Positions 12,288 through 23,869 are shown, counted from the first letter of the stretch. The stretch is DNA of 64,000 nt from an uncultured Alphaproteobacteria bacterium (GCA_963753315.1 CAVWCI010000015.1:5518-69517); one strand, 5' to 3'. Notes: generated by a model not told the origin, from the letters alone. Numbers and translations: made by a program.

Positions 12288-13088
12288 TCACTCGCGCGCC
12301 TTCGCCGCCTGCCAGAGCGCTTCCATTTCTTCGAGCGAGGCGTCCTCGAGATCGCGGCCGGCGGCGCGAAGCGCCTCCTCGATCGCCCGGAAGCGGCGCT
12401 CGAATTTCTGGTTGGCCCGGCGCAGCGCGCTCTCGCCGTCGATGCCGAGATGGCGGGCGATGTTGACCGCGGCGAACAGCAGGTCGCCGACCTCGCCCTC
12501 CAGGCGCTCATGCGATGCGCCGGCCGCGAGCTCGGCCTTCACCTCGGCCAGCTCCTCCTCGAGCTTGGCGAGCACCGGGCCGAGCTCGGCCAGTCGAAGC
12601 CCACCCGGGCGGCGCGGCGCTGCAGCTTGGTCGCGCGCGTCAGCGCCGGCAGGCCGATCGGCAGATCGGCCAGGATGCTCGCATCGCCGCCCGCCTGCTT
12701 TTGCGCGCGCTCGGCGGCCTTGGCGTCCTCCCAGGCGACGCTCTGCGCCGCGGCGCTCTCGACCTCGGTCGCGCCGAACACGTGCGGATGCCTTCGGATC
12801 ATTTTTTCGGCGATCCGCGCGGCGACCGTCTCGAAGTCGAAGCGGCCGGCCTCCTTGGCCATCTGGGCGTGATAGACCACCTGGAGCAGCAGGTCGCCCA
12901 GCTCGCCCTCGAGATCGTCGAAAATCCTGCCGCTCGATCGCATCGGCGACCTCGTAGGCTTCCTCGATCGTATAGGGGGCGATGCTCGAGAAATCCTGCT
13001 CGAGGTCCCAGGGGCAGCCGCCCTCCGGATCGCGCAGGCGCGCCATGACTTTTAGCAGGCACTCGATGCCGCTGCGGGCTTGCGCCAT
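12288..13088 (-). pseudogene. mazG: nucleoside triphosphate pyrophosphohydrolase MazG, frame-disrupted as sequenced
   Basis: The N-terminus (MAQARSGIECLLKVMARLRDPEGGCPWDLEQDF...) and the C-terminus (ELGPVLAKLEEELAEVK...EEMEALWQAAKARE) share one frame. The middle (DDLEGELGDLLLQVVYHAQMAKEAGRFDFE...RVGFDWP) sits in ORF 12539..12943. Frame changes are near 12920 and 12590. Confidence 0.8.
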
Positions 13089-14660
13089 CAGAGCAGCCGC
13101 TTCTGCTCGCCGCCGGTCGGCTGCGGACGGCCGGGGCCGCGGCTGCTGCGCAGGGTCTGGACGCGGCCGTCGTGGAACTCGAGCTCGAGGGCTACCTGCT
13201 GCGCGCGCCCGCGCGGCGCTGTCGACCAGCCGGCCATGCTCGTCGCGCACCAGGGCGAAGCCGCGCGCCAGCACGCCCTGATAGCTGAGGCTCGAGAGCA
13301 TGCCGGACGCCGCGCGCAGCCGCTCGCCGGCATCGCGCAGGCCGCGCAGGGTCGCATGCTGCTGGCGCGTCGACAGCTCGCCGACCAGCCGCGCGTGGCG
13401 CGGCAGCCGCTGGCCGAGCTCGTCCAGGCGCAGCCGCCCGCCCAGCCGGCCGAGCTCGCCGGTGCGCTCGCGCAGCAGCGAGCGGAACACGTAGCGGAGC
13501 TGCTCGGCGCAGGGCCGCAGGCGGCCGTCGGCCTCGGCCAGCAGGCGGCCGGGCGAGCCGAGCCGGGCGCCGACCTCGGCGAGGTTGAGGCCGGCGCGCT
13601 CGATCCGCGCCGCAAGGCTGTGCGGCAGGCGCTCGGCCAGATCGTCCAGGCGCTGGCTCGCCTGGCCCACCAGGCTCACCGGGTCGGGCAGGCCGCGCGC
13701 CAGCCCCACCACCCGGTGCCCCAGCTGCCGCAGCTCGCGCTGCACGCCGTGCAGCATGCTCTGCTCGCACTGGCCAAGGCGCAGCGCCAGCTCGGTGCGC
13801 ACCGGCACGGCAAGCTCGGCAGCCGCCGTCGGCGTCGGCGCGCGCTGGTCGGCGGCGAGATCGATCAGCGTCGTGTCGGTCTCGTGGCCGACCGCCGAGA
13901 TCAGCGGGATCGCGCTCGCCGCCGCAGCCCGGACCACGGCCTCCTCGTTGAACGCCCAGAGGTCCTCCAGCGAGCCGCCGCCGCGCGCCACGATCAGAAG
14001 ATCGGGACGGGGCACGGCGCCGCCCGGTGCCAGCGCGTTGAAGCCCGCGATCGCGGCGGCCACCTGTCCGGCCGCCAGCTCGCCCTGGACCACCACCGGC
14101 CACAGCAGCACGCGGCGCGGGAAGCGCTCGCCCAGGCGGTGCAGGATGTCGCGGATCACGGCCCCGGTCGGCGAGGTCACGAGGCCGATCACCTCGGGCA
14201 GAAAGGGAAGAGGCCGCTTGCGCTCGGCCGCGAACAGGCCCTCGGCGGCCAGCCTCCTGCGGCGCTCGTCGAGCAGCGCCATCAGCGCGCCGATGCCGGC
14301 CGGCGCCAGGCGATCGACGATCAGCTGATAGCGCGAGCGGCTCGGATAGGTGGTGATCCGGCCGGTCGCGACCACCTCGAGCCCGTCCTCGGGCAAGCTC
14401 GCGAGGCGTTGCGCCGTGCTGCGCCAGCAGACCGCGTCCAGCACCGCGCCCTCGTCCTTGAGCGCGAAGTAGAGATGGCCTGAGCCCGCGCGCTTGAAGC
14501 CCGAGATCTCGCCGCGCACGCGCACGTAGGCGTAGCCGTCCTCGAGCGTGCGCTTGAGCGCTGCCGCGAGCTCGCTGACGCTGTACTCGGCGACATTCTC
14601 GCGCGGTGGCTCGCTCGGCTGGGGCTCGTTCGGCTGGGGCTCGTTCACGGTATCGGGCAC
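13088..14660 (-). pseudogene. xseA: exodeoxyribonuclease VII large subunit XseA, frame-disrupted near its 3-prime end
   Basis: YSVSELAAALKRTLEDGYAYVRVRGEISGFKRAGSGHLYFALKDE...ARGGGSLEDLWAFNEE...SAVGHETD. The last ~37 aa (QQVALELEFHDGRVQT...) are in ORF 13088..13615, with the shift near 13205. The stop overlaps the mazG ATG (ATGA). The start is GTG at 14660 or 14648. Confidence 0.85.
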
Positions 14661-17600
14661 TACTCGGCAGGCGGCATCGCGCGTGCCGAAAGAGCGCGCT
14701 CCAGCTCCTTCTCGACCGCGTTGATCGGCCGGGTGAAGCGGGCCATCAGGTCGTACAGCACCGGCGTCACGAACAGGGTCAGCAGCGAGGCGATGCCGAG
14801 GCCGCCGATCACGACGATGCCGATCGCAGCCCGGCTCTCGGCGCCGGCGCCGGTCGCCAGCACCAGCGGCAAGGCACCCAGCATGGTCGACAGCACGGTC
14901 ATCACGATCGGCCGCAGGCGCAGCGCCGACGCCTCGAGAACGGCCTCGCGGATCGTGCTGCCCTCGTCGCGCAGCTGGTTGGCGAACTCGACGATCAGGA
15001 TGCCGTTCTTGGCCATCAGGCCGATCAGCAGGATCACGCCCACCTGGCTGTAGATGTTGAGGGAATTGCCGGTGAGCCATAGCGAGAGCAGCGCCCCCGA
15101 GACGGCCATCGGCACCGAGAGCATGATGATCAGCGGGTGGATGAAGCTCTCGAACTGCGCCGCGAGCACCAGGTACACGATCAGGAGCGCGAGCGCAAAG
15201 GTGATCGCGACGCCGCCCGAGGTCTCGAGGAACTGGCGCGACTGGCCGGCAAAACCCAGGCTCGCCTCGGGCGGCAGGGTCTCGGCGGCGATGTCCTGCA
15301 TGTACTCGATCGCGCTGCCGAGATCGTAGCCTTCGGCCAGCGACGCCGAGATCGTGATCGAGGGCAGCCGGTCGTAGCGCCGCAGTTCGGGCGCCGCCGC
15401 GCCCTCGTCCAGATGCACCAGGGCGTTCAGCGGCACCAGCTCGCCGCTGCCCTCGGCGCGCACGAAGATGTTGGCGAGATCGGTCGGCGTGCGCCGGTCG
15501 TCGGCGCGCGCCTGGACGATCACCGGGTACTCGCGGCCGCGGTCGATGTAGGAGGTGATCTCGCGCGACGCCAGCATGGTCTGCAGGGTCCGACCGATGG
15601 TCTCGACGCTGATCCCGAGGTCGTCGGCCTTGGCGCGATCGATGCCGACCTCGAACTGCGGCTGGTTGCGCTCGAAATCGGTCTCGAGGTTCTGCAGGCC
15701 GGGGTTCTCCTCGGCGCGGCGCATGATCGCGTCGCTCCATTCCTGGATGCTTTCGTAGTCCGGGCCGCCGATCACCACCTGGAGCGGCGTGCGGCTGCCG
15801 CGCACGCCGAGGCCCGCCGGGCTGGAGGCGGCCGCGCGCACGCCGGGCAGCCCGCTCAGCTCCGCGTACAGCGAGTTCGTCAGCGCCTGCGGGGTCTGCT
15901 CGCGGTCCTCCCAGTCGGCCAGGCGCACCACGACGAAAGCGCGATGTCCCTGGCCACGCATGCCGGCGACGGCGAAGATCCGCTCGGCGATGCCGGCCTC
16001 GCGCAGCGGGGCCACCATCGCCTCGACCTGGCGCGCCTCGGCATCGGTGTAGCCGACGGTGGCACCCTGTGGTGCGGTCAGCGACACGAAGAACTGGCCG
16101 CGATCCTCGGCCGGCGTCAGCTCCTTCGGCAGCGCCTGGTAGAGGCCGAACGAGGCGGCGCTGACCATCGCCGCGACCAGCAGCACCAGCACCGGCGCGT
16201 TCAGCGCGCGGCGGAGGAGGGCGTGGTAGGCGCGCACCGCCACGTCGAGCGTACGCTCGACCTGGCGCGCCGCCCGGCCGCGCTCCTCGCCGCCCTTCAA
16301 GAGCGTGGTGCAAAGCGCCGGACAGAGCGACAGCGCCACCAGCATCGATATCGCCACCGAGGCCGCCAGCACGAAACCGAACTCGATGAACAGCCGGCCG
16401 ATCTCGCCCTCCAGGAACGACAGCGGCACGAACACCGCGATCAGGGTGAGCGAGGTCGCGATGACCGCGAAGGTCACCTGGCGGGTGCCGAGCACGCTCG
16501 CGACCAGCGGGCTCTCGCCGAGCTCGATGCGGCGCTGGATGTTCTCGAGCACCACGATCGCATCGTCGACCACGATGCCGATCGCCAGGATCAGCGCCAG
16601 CAGGGTCAGCACGTTGATCGAGAAGCCGAGCGCATAGATGCCGATGAACGCGCCGATCACCGCGACCGGGATGGTGACCGCCGGCACCAGGGTCGCGCGC
16701 ACCGAGGCCAGGAAAGCAAAGATCACGAGCACGACCAGCACCACGGCGATGCCGAGCGCGATCACCACCTCCTCGATGGACTTTCTGATGAACACCGCGT
16801 CGTCGGAGCTGATGCTGATCTCCATGCCATCGGGCAGGGTCGGGCGGATCAGGTCGAGCTGCGCGCGCACCCGGTTCGAGATCGCGATCGTATTGGCCTG
16901 CGACTGGCGCTGCACGCCGAGGCCGACCGCCTCGCGCCCGTCGCTGCGCACGATGGTGTCCTCGTCCTCGACGCCGCGCACGACGCGCGCGACGTCGCCG
17001 AGCCGGATCGGATAGCCGTCGATCCGGTCGATCACGATGTTCTCGAACTGCTCGACCTCCGAGAGCCGGCTCTGGGCGCGCACGGTGAACTGGCGCGAGG
17101 TCGACTTGAGCTCGCCGGCCGGCAGCTCGACATTGTTGCGCCGCAGTGCGCTCTCGATCTCGTCGATCGTCATGTTGCGCGCCGCCAGCGCCCGCCGGTC
17201 GAGCCAGATCCGGATGGCAAAGCGCCGCTGGCCATAGATCTCGACCTGGGAGACGCCGTCCAGGGTCGACAGCCGGTCGATCACGAAGCGCTCGACATAG
17301 TCCGTGATCTCCGCCGGGGTCAGCCGATCGCTCGTGATCGCGATCCGCAGCACCGGGTCGTCGTCGTCGTCGCTCTTGGTGACCTGCGGCTCCTCGACGT
17401 CGTCGGGCAGATCGCCGCGCACGCGCGCGACCGCGTCGCGCACGTCGTTGGCCGCCTCGTCGATATTGCGGTGGGGCTCGAACTCGATCGCGGTGCGGCC
17501 GCGGCCGCGGCGGCTCTGCGACGAGATGGTCTTGACGCCGGCGACGCCGGCGACCGCACCCTCGATCACCTCGGTGATGTCGGTATCGACGATCTCCGGC

Positions 17601-17761
17601 GCCGCGCCGGTGTAGACGGTGCTCACGCTGACGGTCGCGGCGTCGACGTCGGGAAGCTCGCGGACCGGCAGGCGCATGAGCGAGGCGATCCCCAGCACGA
17701 TGATCAAGAGGCTCAGCACCGCGGCGAACACCGGGCGCTTGATGCAAAAGTCGGAGATCAT
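14660..17761 (-). CDS. RND (HAE1/AcrB-type) multidrug efflux permease
   Basis: An intact 1033-codon frame inside ORF 14660..18856, starting MISDFCIKRPVFAAVLSLLIIVLG. It has 12-TM RND architecture, and its ATG overlaps the upstream MFP stop (ATGA). Confidence 0.92.
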   Translation of the reverse strand: MISDFCIKRPVFAAVLSLLIIVLGIASLMRLPVRELPDVDAATVSVSTVYTGAAPEIVDTDITEVIEGAVAGVAGVKTISSQSRRGRGRTAIEFEPHRNIDEAANDVRDAVARVRGDLPDDVEEPQVTKSDDDDDPVLRIAITSDRLTPAEITDYVERFVIDRLSTLDGVSQVEIYGQRRFAIRIWLDRRALAARNMTIDEIESALRRNNVELPAGELKSTSRQFTVRAQSRLSEVEQFENIVIDRIDGYPIRLGDVARVVRGVEDEDTIVRSDGREAVGLGVQRQSQANTIAISNRVRAQLDLIRPTLPDGMEISISSDDAVFIRKSIEEVVIALGIAVVLVVLVIFAFLASVRATLVPAVTIPVAVIGAFIGIYALGFSINVLTLLALILAIGIVVDDAIVVLENIQRRIELGESPLVASVLGTRQVTFAVIATSLTLIAVFVPLSFLEGEIGRLFIEFGFVLAASVAISMLVALSLCPALCTTLLKGGEERGRAARQVERTLDVAVRAYHALLRRALNAPVLVLLVAAMVSAASFGLYQALPKELTPAEDRGQFFVSLTAPQGATVGYTDAEARQVEAMVAPLREAGIAERIFAVAGMRGQGHRAFVVVRLADWEDREQTPQALTNSLYAELSGLPGVRAAASSPAGLGVRGSRTPLQVVIGGPDYESIQEWSDAIMRRAEENPGLQNLETDFERNQPQFEVGIDRAKADDLGISVETIGRTLQTMLASREITSYIDRGREYPVIVQARADDRRTPTDLANIFVRAEGSGELVPLNALVHLDEGAAAPELRRYDRLPSITISASLAEGYDLGSAIEYMQDIAAETLPPEASLGFAGQSRQFLETSGGVAITFALALLIVYLVLAAQFESFIHPLIIMLSVPMAVSGALLSLWLTGNSLNIYSQVGVILLIGLMAKNGILIVEFANQLRDEGSTIREAVLEASALRLRPIVMTVLSTMLGALPLVLATGAGAESRAAIGIVVIGGLGIASLLTLFVTPVLYDLMARFTRPINAVEKELERALSARAMPPAE

Positions 17762-18856
17762 CCGCTCTGGCCTTCCTGGGTGGCCTGCACGGTCGATTCG
17801 TTCAGCACCTGTACCATGGCGCCGTCGCGCAGGCGCTGCAGGCCGGCGCGCACCACCAGCTCGTAAGCAGCGAGGCCGTCGAGCACCTCGACCGTGCCCG
17901 CCTCGCGCTGGCCGAGCCGTACCTCGCGGCGCTGGGCGCGGCCGTCGGCGACGACGAAGGCGTAGGTGCTGCCGCCTTCGGCGAGCACCGCCTGCTCGGG
18001 GATCAGCACCGCCGGCCGCTCCTCCAGCACGACGCTGACATGCATGAACATGCCGGCCGGCAGCTCCAGCTCGGGATTGGGCAGCACGGCGCGCACCCGG
18101 AAGGCGCGCGACACCTGGCCGATGCGGCTGTCGATGGTCGCGATCTTGGCCGGCGAACGTCTTGCCCGGGAAGGCGGTGCTGGTGGCCTGGACGAGCTGA
18201 TCCTCCCGCACCCGGCCGAAGAAGATCTCCGGCACGCTGAACTCGATCTCGATCTCGGCGAGGTCGTCGAGGGTGGTCAGCAGGGTCTCGTCGTCGACCC
18301 TTGCGCCGATGTCGATGCCGCGGATGCCGACGACGCCGGCGAACGGCGCCCGCACGGTGCGATCGGTAAGCTGCTTTTGCGCTGCATCGAGCCTGGCGTC
18401 GGCGCCGAGATAGGCGGCCTCCAGCTCGTCGACGGTCGCCTGGGCGACGGTGTTGTTGGTCCTGAGCTTGCGCGCCCGATCGAGCGCCAGCTCGGCCTCG
18501 CGCAGCATCGCCCGCGCCTCGGCGACCGCGGCCTGCTCGGCCTGGTCGTCGAGCCGGATCAGGACCGTGCCCGCCTCGACCCGCTCGCCCGGCCGGAACG
18601 CGATCTCGGCGATCCTGCCCGAGCTCAGCGCGACGATGTCGACCGCCTGGCGCGCGAGCGTCGAGCCCACCGCCTCGATCCGCTCGCGGATCGTGCCGAG
18701 CTCGGCCGGGGCGACCTCGACCGGGATGGCGCTGGCGCCCCGCCGCACCGCGGCCGCCGCCTCGCCGTCGATCCGCTGCTGATGATAGGTCACGGCGCCG
18801 CCGACGACGGCCAGCAGCAGGGCCGCACCGATCGCGAGCTGGGTGCCTAATCGCAA
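17758..18856 (-). pseudogene. RND efflux periplasmic adaptor (membrane fusion protein), frame-disrupted
   Basis: The N-terminal part (TTG start 18856, MRLGTQLAIG...coiled coil...AFPGKTFAG) continues in ORF 17758..18114 (VRAVLPNPELELPAGMFMHVSVVL...). There is a one-base frame change near 18150. Confidence 0.8.
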
Positions 18857-19150
18857 GGGCTCACTCCCGGCCGGCGTGGTGGCAGGCGAGGCAGGCGATC
18901 ACCTTGGTCAGAAAGTCGCCGGGCGTCGCTTCGCATGTTCAATGGCCACCTTGAGCCCATTGCAATAAGCAAAATCGGAGGCGCTGACAACGGCGCGGCC
19001 GATGCGGCCGGCCAGGCTGCCGCAGATCGGCGCGCCATGGGGTAACGCGCCGATCCGGGCTGATTCCGTCGCCTGGCGCCCCTATTGTATCACATCGCGT
19101 GTCGGGCCCGCCCGCGCCACGACCCTGCCGCCAGCGTAGCCGTGGCGGCG

Positions 19151-19636
19151 CTACTCGTCATCCTCGTCGTCGTCACGATCACGATCGCGTTGGCGGCGCA
19201 GATCGTCCCGCGTGATCTGGCCGTCGTCGTTGCGGTCGACGTGCCGGACCATCGAGCCGTAGGATTCGACGAACTCCTCGACGGTCACGATGGCGTCGCC
19301 GTCGTCGTCGTGCGCCTGGAAACGGTCGACCATGCGCTCGCGCATCGCGTCCAGCCAGAGCGCCTGGTACTCCTCGAGGTTCAGGCTGCCGTCGTTGTCC
19401 GCATCGAACGCGGCGAGCCGGTCCTCGAGCACCTGATCGATCTCTTCCTGGGTGATCAGGCCGTCCTGATTGCCGTCGAACTGCTCGAACAGGCGTTCGC
19501 CGCCGCCTGGACCGCCCCAGCCGCCGCCATGATGGCGGCCCCCTCTGCCGTCGGCCAGGCTGGCGCCCACCATGGTGGTGGTGCCCAGCGCGATCGCGCC
19601 GACCGCAAGCATGACCTTCGTCCTGGTCCTCATCAT
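19151..19636 (-). CDS. secreted EF-hand calcium-binding protein
   Basis: ORF 19151..19705; the likely start is MMRTRTKVMLAVGAIALG (signal peptide). EF-hand loops are DGNQDGLITQEE, DADNDGSLNLEE, DDDGDAIVTVEE and DRNDDGQITRDD. Confidence 0.75.
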   Translation of the reverse strand: MMRTRTKVMLAVGAIALGTTTMVGASLADGRGGRHHGGGWGGPGGGERLFEQFDGNQDGLITQEEIDQVLEDRLAAFDADNDGSLNLEEYQALWLDAMRERMVDRFQAHDDDGDAIVTVEEFVESYGSMVRHVDRNDDGQITRDDLRRQRDRDRDDDEDDE

Positions 19637-19828
19637 CCACCTCGTCTGTGCTGTCGTTCGCAACAGGCTGCAGTCAACCAGCCAAATGTGCCCAAAGTTC
19701 GTCAACGCGCGGCAAAAATGTCAGCGAATGTCCCCGGATGGCAGTTTGACACAGCTTGATACAATTTCTTTATCTCGGCGGCGGACAAGCGCGCATATTC
19801 TGGCCGATCGGCAGCTCCGGCACCCGCC

Positions 19829-20548
19829 ATGGAACCCGCAGCCCACATCCTGATCGTCGACGACCACCGCGACATCCGTGACCTTTTGGCGCGCTACCTG
19901 AGCCAGAACGGCTATCGGGTCAGCACCGCCGAGGGCAGCGCCGCGGCCCGCCGGCTGCTGGACAAGGGCGCGGTCGAGCTCGTCGTGCTCGACATCATGA
20001 TGCCCGGCGAGGACGGCCTGGCACTGTGCCGCCATCTGCGCGCGACCAGCGAGCTGCCGGTGATCCTCTTGACCGCCATGGCCGAGGATACGGACCGGGT
20101 GATCGGCCTCGAGATGGGCGCCGACGACTACGTCACCAAGCCGTTCAACCCGCGCGAGCTGCTGGCGCGGATCAAGGCGGTGCTGCGCCGCGCCAACAGC
20201 CTGCCGCGCGCAAGGCAGGCGATCGCTGCCGAGCAGGTCCGCTTCGATCGCTGGACGCTCAAGGTCGCGCAGCGCGAGCTGGTCGGCGAGGACGGCGTCG
20301 CGACGCCGCTCTCGACCGCCGAGTTCCAGCTGCTGGCCGCCCTGCTGCGCCATCCCAAGATGGTGCTGAGCCGCGACCAGCTGCTCGACCTGACCCGCGG
20401 CCGCGCCGCCGCCGTGTTCGATCGCAGCATCGACAATCAGATCAGCCGGCTGCGCCGCAAGGTCGAGACCGACCCGAAGAGCCCGGCGCTGATCAAGACC
20501 GTGTGGGGCGGCGGCTACATGCTGGCGGCCGACGTCGAGCGCCGATGA
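19829..20548 (+). CDS. OmpR-family response regulator
   Basis: 239-aa ORF with a receiver domain (ILIVDDHRDIRDLL, DIMMPGEDG) and a winged-helix C-terminus (IKTVWGGGYML). Confidence 0.92.
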   Translation: MEPAAHILIVDDHRDIRDLLARYLSQNGYRVSTAEGSAAARRLLDKGAVELVVLDIMMPGEDGLALCRHLRATSELPVILLTAMAEDTDRVIGLEMGADDYVTKPFNPRELLARIKAVLRRANSLPRARQAIAAEQVRFDRWTLKVAQRELVGEDGVATPLSTAEFQLLAALLRHPKMVLSRDQLLDLTRGRAAAVFDRSIDNQISRLRRKVETDPKSPALIKTVWGGGYMLAADVERR

Positions 20549-22071
20549 CGCGCACCCTCGCAAGGATCGGGGCGCGGCTTCGAGGCCTGTGGCCGGCCCG
20601 GCTCGCCGGCCAGCTGATCGCTCTGCTGCTGCTGGCGCTGATCCTCGCCCAGGCGATCAGCCTTTGGATCTTTCTCGACGAGCGCCGGCTTGCCGTGCAG
20701 TCCGCGAACCGGCTGCAGATCCTCTCGCGCACCGCCTCGATCATCCGGCTGCTCGAGGACACGCCGGCCGCCCTGCACGAGCAGATCTTGCGCACCGCCA
20801 GCACGTCGCTGCTGCGCTTCTGGCTGGCCGATGCGAGCGCCGTCGACCCCGCCGATGCGGCGAACCGCGACAACCGCCTGCAGCAGGTCCTGGCCGGACA
20901 TCTGGCCGGCGTCGGGGTCGAGGAGGTGCTGGTCGACTGGCGCGACGAGGACGGCGGCTGGGGCGACTGGTGGCGCGCGCGCAAGCCGGACCGGGCGCTG
21001 ATCCGGCCGGTGGGCGATGCCGACGCCCGACGCCAGCGGAGGACGTCCGGGAACAGGTCCGGGACGGCGATCGGCAGTGGCCGCGCGATCGCCGCTGGCG
21101 CCATCCGCGGCTGCCGCCCAACCTCGTGGTCTCGGCGCAGCTCGACGACGGCAGGTGGCTGAACGTCGGCACGCGCCTGCCGCCGCCCAACTCGGACTGG
21201 GCCATGCCGGCGCTGGTCGCGATGGGGGTCATGGCGGTGGCGCTCTCCGTGATCGTGATCTTCATGGTGCGGCGCCTGACCCGGCCGATGGCGGAGCTCG
21301 CGGCCGCCGCCGAGCGGCTCGGCCGCGGCGAGACGGTGCCGCCGGTGCCCGAGCGCGGACCCGCCGACGTGCGCGAGACCACCCGCGCCTTCAACCGCAT
21401 GCATGCCCGCCTGCAGCGCTTCGTCCAGGACCGCACCCGCATGCTGGCGGCGATCTCGCACGATCTGCGCACGCCGATCACGTCCTTGCGCCTGCGCGCC
21501 GAGTTCATCGAGGACGAGGAGATCCGCCAGAAAATCCTGGAGACCCTGGACGACATGCAGCGCATGGCCGAGGCGACGCTCGCGTTTGCGCGCGAGGAGG
21601 CGGCCCAGGAGGACACGCGCGCGGTCGACCTCGCGGCGCTGATCGACAGCGTGTGCGCCGATCTCGCCGACATGGGCCAGGACGTGACCTTCGCCGGCGC
21701 GCCGCGCAGCCAGTATCTGGGCCGGCCATCCGGCCTGAAACGCGCGCTGCGCAACCTGATCGAGAACGCCGTCGACCTACGGCCGGCGCGCGCGCGTGGC
21801 GCTCGAGGCCGGCGACCACGAATGGCGCATCGTGATCGAGGACGACGGGCCCGGCATCCCCGAGGCCGATTTCGAGCGGGTGTTCGCGCCGTTCGTGCGG
21901 CTCGAGGAATCGCGCAATCCGGAGACCGGCGGGGTGGGCCTGGGCATGGCGATCAGCCGCTCGATCGTGCGCGGCCACGGCGGCGACATCATCCTTGAGA
22001 ACCGCCCCGGCACGCACGGCACCGCGGGCCTTCGCGTCACCATCCGCCTGCCCGACGACGAGCGCACCTGA
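20545..22071 (+). pseudogene. sensor histidine kinase partner of the OmpR-type regulator, frame-disrupted
   Basis: The ATG overlaps the regulator stop. The gene is spread over three frames: MTRTLARIG...(TM); then ...HAMP, H-box AAISHDLRTPITSL, NLIENAVD; then ALEAGDHEWRIVIEDDGPGIP...GGVGLGMAISRSIV. Shifts are near 21025 and 21775. Confidence 0.8.
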
Positions 22072-22074
22072 GGT

Positions 22075-22660
22075 TCACTGGCCGCCGTAGTCGGGCACGT
22101 AGCTGTTCATGTCGTCGATCGCGCCGCGCAGATCGGAGGGGCAGTCGTTGTTGACGCAGAAGTCCGTCACGCTGTCCTCGAAATAGCCCTGGCCCTGGTC
22201 CTGCCGGCTCGCCTGATGCGGCCGCGCCCGCCGCGTTGAGATCGAACGAGGCCGTCTCGCCTTCGAGGCCGCCGACCAGGTCGGCGCCCAGCCAGTAGCG
22301 GCCGGGCGGCACCTCGCCGAACATCCGCAGCAGCTCGGCCACCTCGTCCGCGTGGATCTCGCGACCGTTGATGAACACGCCGGTATCGCTCATCGATGCG
22401 TCCGGCTGCAGCGGGCCGCCGAGCGGCAGGCCGGCTGCGGTCTGGTCCATAGAGGGGCCGCCCTCGACGCCCCACAGGCCCGAGACCCCGTCGTACCAGT
22501 AGCGCCCGGGCGGCAGTTCGACGCCGTAGTAGGCGATCTCCTCGAGCCGTGAGCGCCTGGCCGTTGACCAGGATGCCGCTCTCCTGGGCCGAGCGCGCCC
22601 TGCGGCGCGAGCGCCGAGGATGATGATCAGAGCGAAAGCAAAGCGTCGCAGCAGAGCCAT
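22075..22660 (-). pseudogene. small secreted protein with an internal duplication (ING..PPGRYW module twice), frame-disrupted
   Basis: Signal peptide MALLRRFAFALIIILGA. Modules SGILVNGQ...EEIAYYGVELPPGRYWYDG and TGVFINGREIHADEVAELLRMFGEVPPGRYWLG. A hand-translated C-terminus (...YFEDSVTDFCVNNDCPSDLRGAIDDMNSYVPDYGGQ) lies in a third frame. No family recognised. Confidence 0.4.
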
Positions 22661-22785
22661 GATCTCCTCCCTGGCTCCAGAGGCCTGCCGCGTATGCTAG
22701 GCCGTCCGTACGGGCTTGCGCTATGAGCTGCCTCACTGCTCGATCGGCTGAGGTGCGCGCCGGGCGATCGGGACGCAGCTGCTGC

Positions 22786-23803
22786 CTAAAGATGCCCCTC
22801 CTGGACCAGCAGCTCGGCGATCTGGACCGCGTTCAGCGCAGCGCCCTTGCGCAGGTTGTCCGCCACCACCCACATCGACAGGCCGGACGGCACCGTGGTG
22901 TCGCGGCGCAGGCGCGAGACCAGCACGCCGAACTCGCCGACGCACTCGATCGGGGTCACGTACTCGCCGTTCGCCGGGTCGTCGACCAGCAGCACGCCCT
23001 CGAACTCCTGCAGCGCGTCGCGCGCGGCCTCGAGGTCGATCTCGTGCTCGAGCTCGACATTGACCGCCAAAGCGTGGCCGACGAACACCGGCACGCGCAC
23101 GCAGGTGGCGGCAGACCTCGATCGCCGGGTCGAGGATTTTTTTGGTCTCGACCGCCATCTTCCACTCTTCCTTGGTCGAGCCGTCCTCCATGAACACGTC
23201 GATCTGCGGGATGACGTTGAAGGCGATCTGCTTGGGAAACAGCTTGGGCTCGGGCGGCCTTGTCTCGTAGATGCCCTTGGTCTGGTCGAACAGCTCGTCC
23301 ATCGCCTCCCGGCCGGCGCCGGAGACCGACTGGTAGGTCGCGACCACCACCCGCCTGACCAGGGCCAGCTCGTGCAGGGGCTTGAGCGCCATCACCATCT
23401 GGATGGTCGAGCAGTTCGGATTGGCGATGATGTTGCGCTCGCGAAAGCCGGCGAGCGCATCGGGGTTGACCTCCGGCACCACCAGCGGAACGTCGGCCTC
23501 CATGCGGAAATGCGAGGTGTTGTCGATCACCACGCAGCCCGCGGCCGCGGCGCGCGGCGCATGCACCTTGGAGATCGCGGCGCCGGGCGAGAACAGGCCG
23601 ATGTCGGTGCCCTCGAAATCGAAATCCTCGAGCGCCTGCACGGTGAGCGTCCGGTCGTCGCCGAACGAGACCTCCCTGCCGAGCGAGGCGCGCGAGGCGA
23701 GCGCCACGACCTCGTCCGCCGGGAAGCGCCGTTCCGAGAGGATGTTCAGCATCTCGGCGCCGACTGCGCCGGTGGCGCCGACCACCGCTACCTTGTACCC
23801 CAT
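22786..23803 (-). pseudogene. asd: aspartate-semialdehyde dehydrogenase, frame-disrupted
   Basis: MGYKVAVVGATGAVGAEML...IANPNCSTIQMVMALKPLH...YQSVSGAG in ORF 22733..23809. The C-terminal third (VPVFVGHALAVNVELE...VADNLRKGAALNAVQIAELL) is in ORF 22786..23100. The shift is near 23105. Confidence 0.88.
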
Positions 23804-23869
23804 GACCATCGACCTTTCGCTGCACCAGGCTGGAAGGTCTGTGATGCGGGCGCCGGAATCAAGCCCCCG

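Noticed and set aside
12288-17747. 1819-aa ORF on the minus strand
   Set aside because: High-GC read-through artefact. Its 3-prime third coincides with mazG and xseA frames. The upstream 3 kb is an alternative frame of the RND pump gene with Arg/Gly/Pro/Ala-rich nonsense composition.
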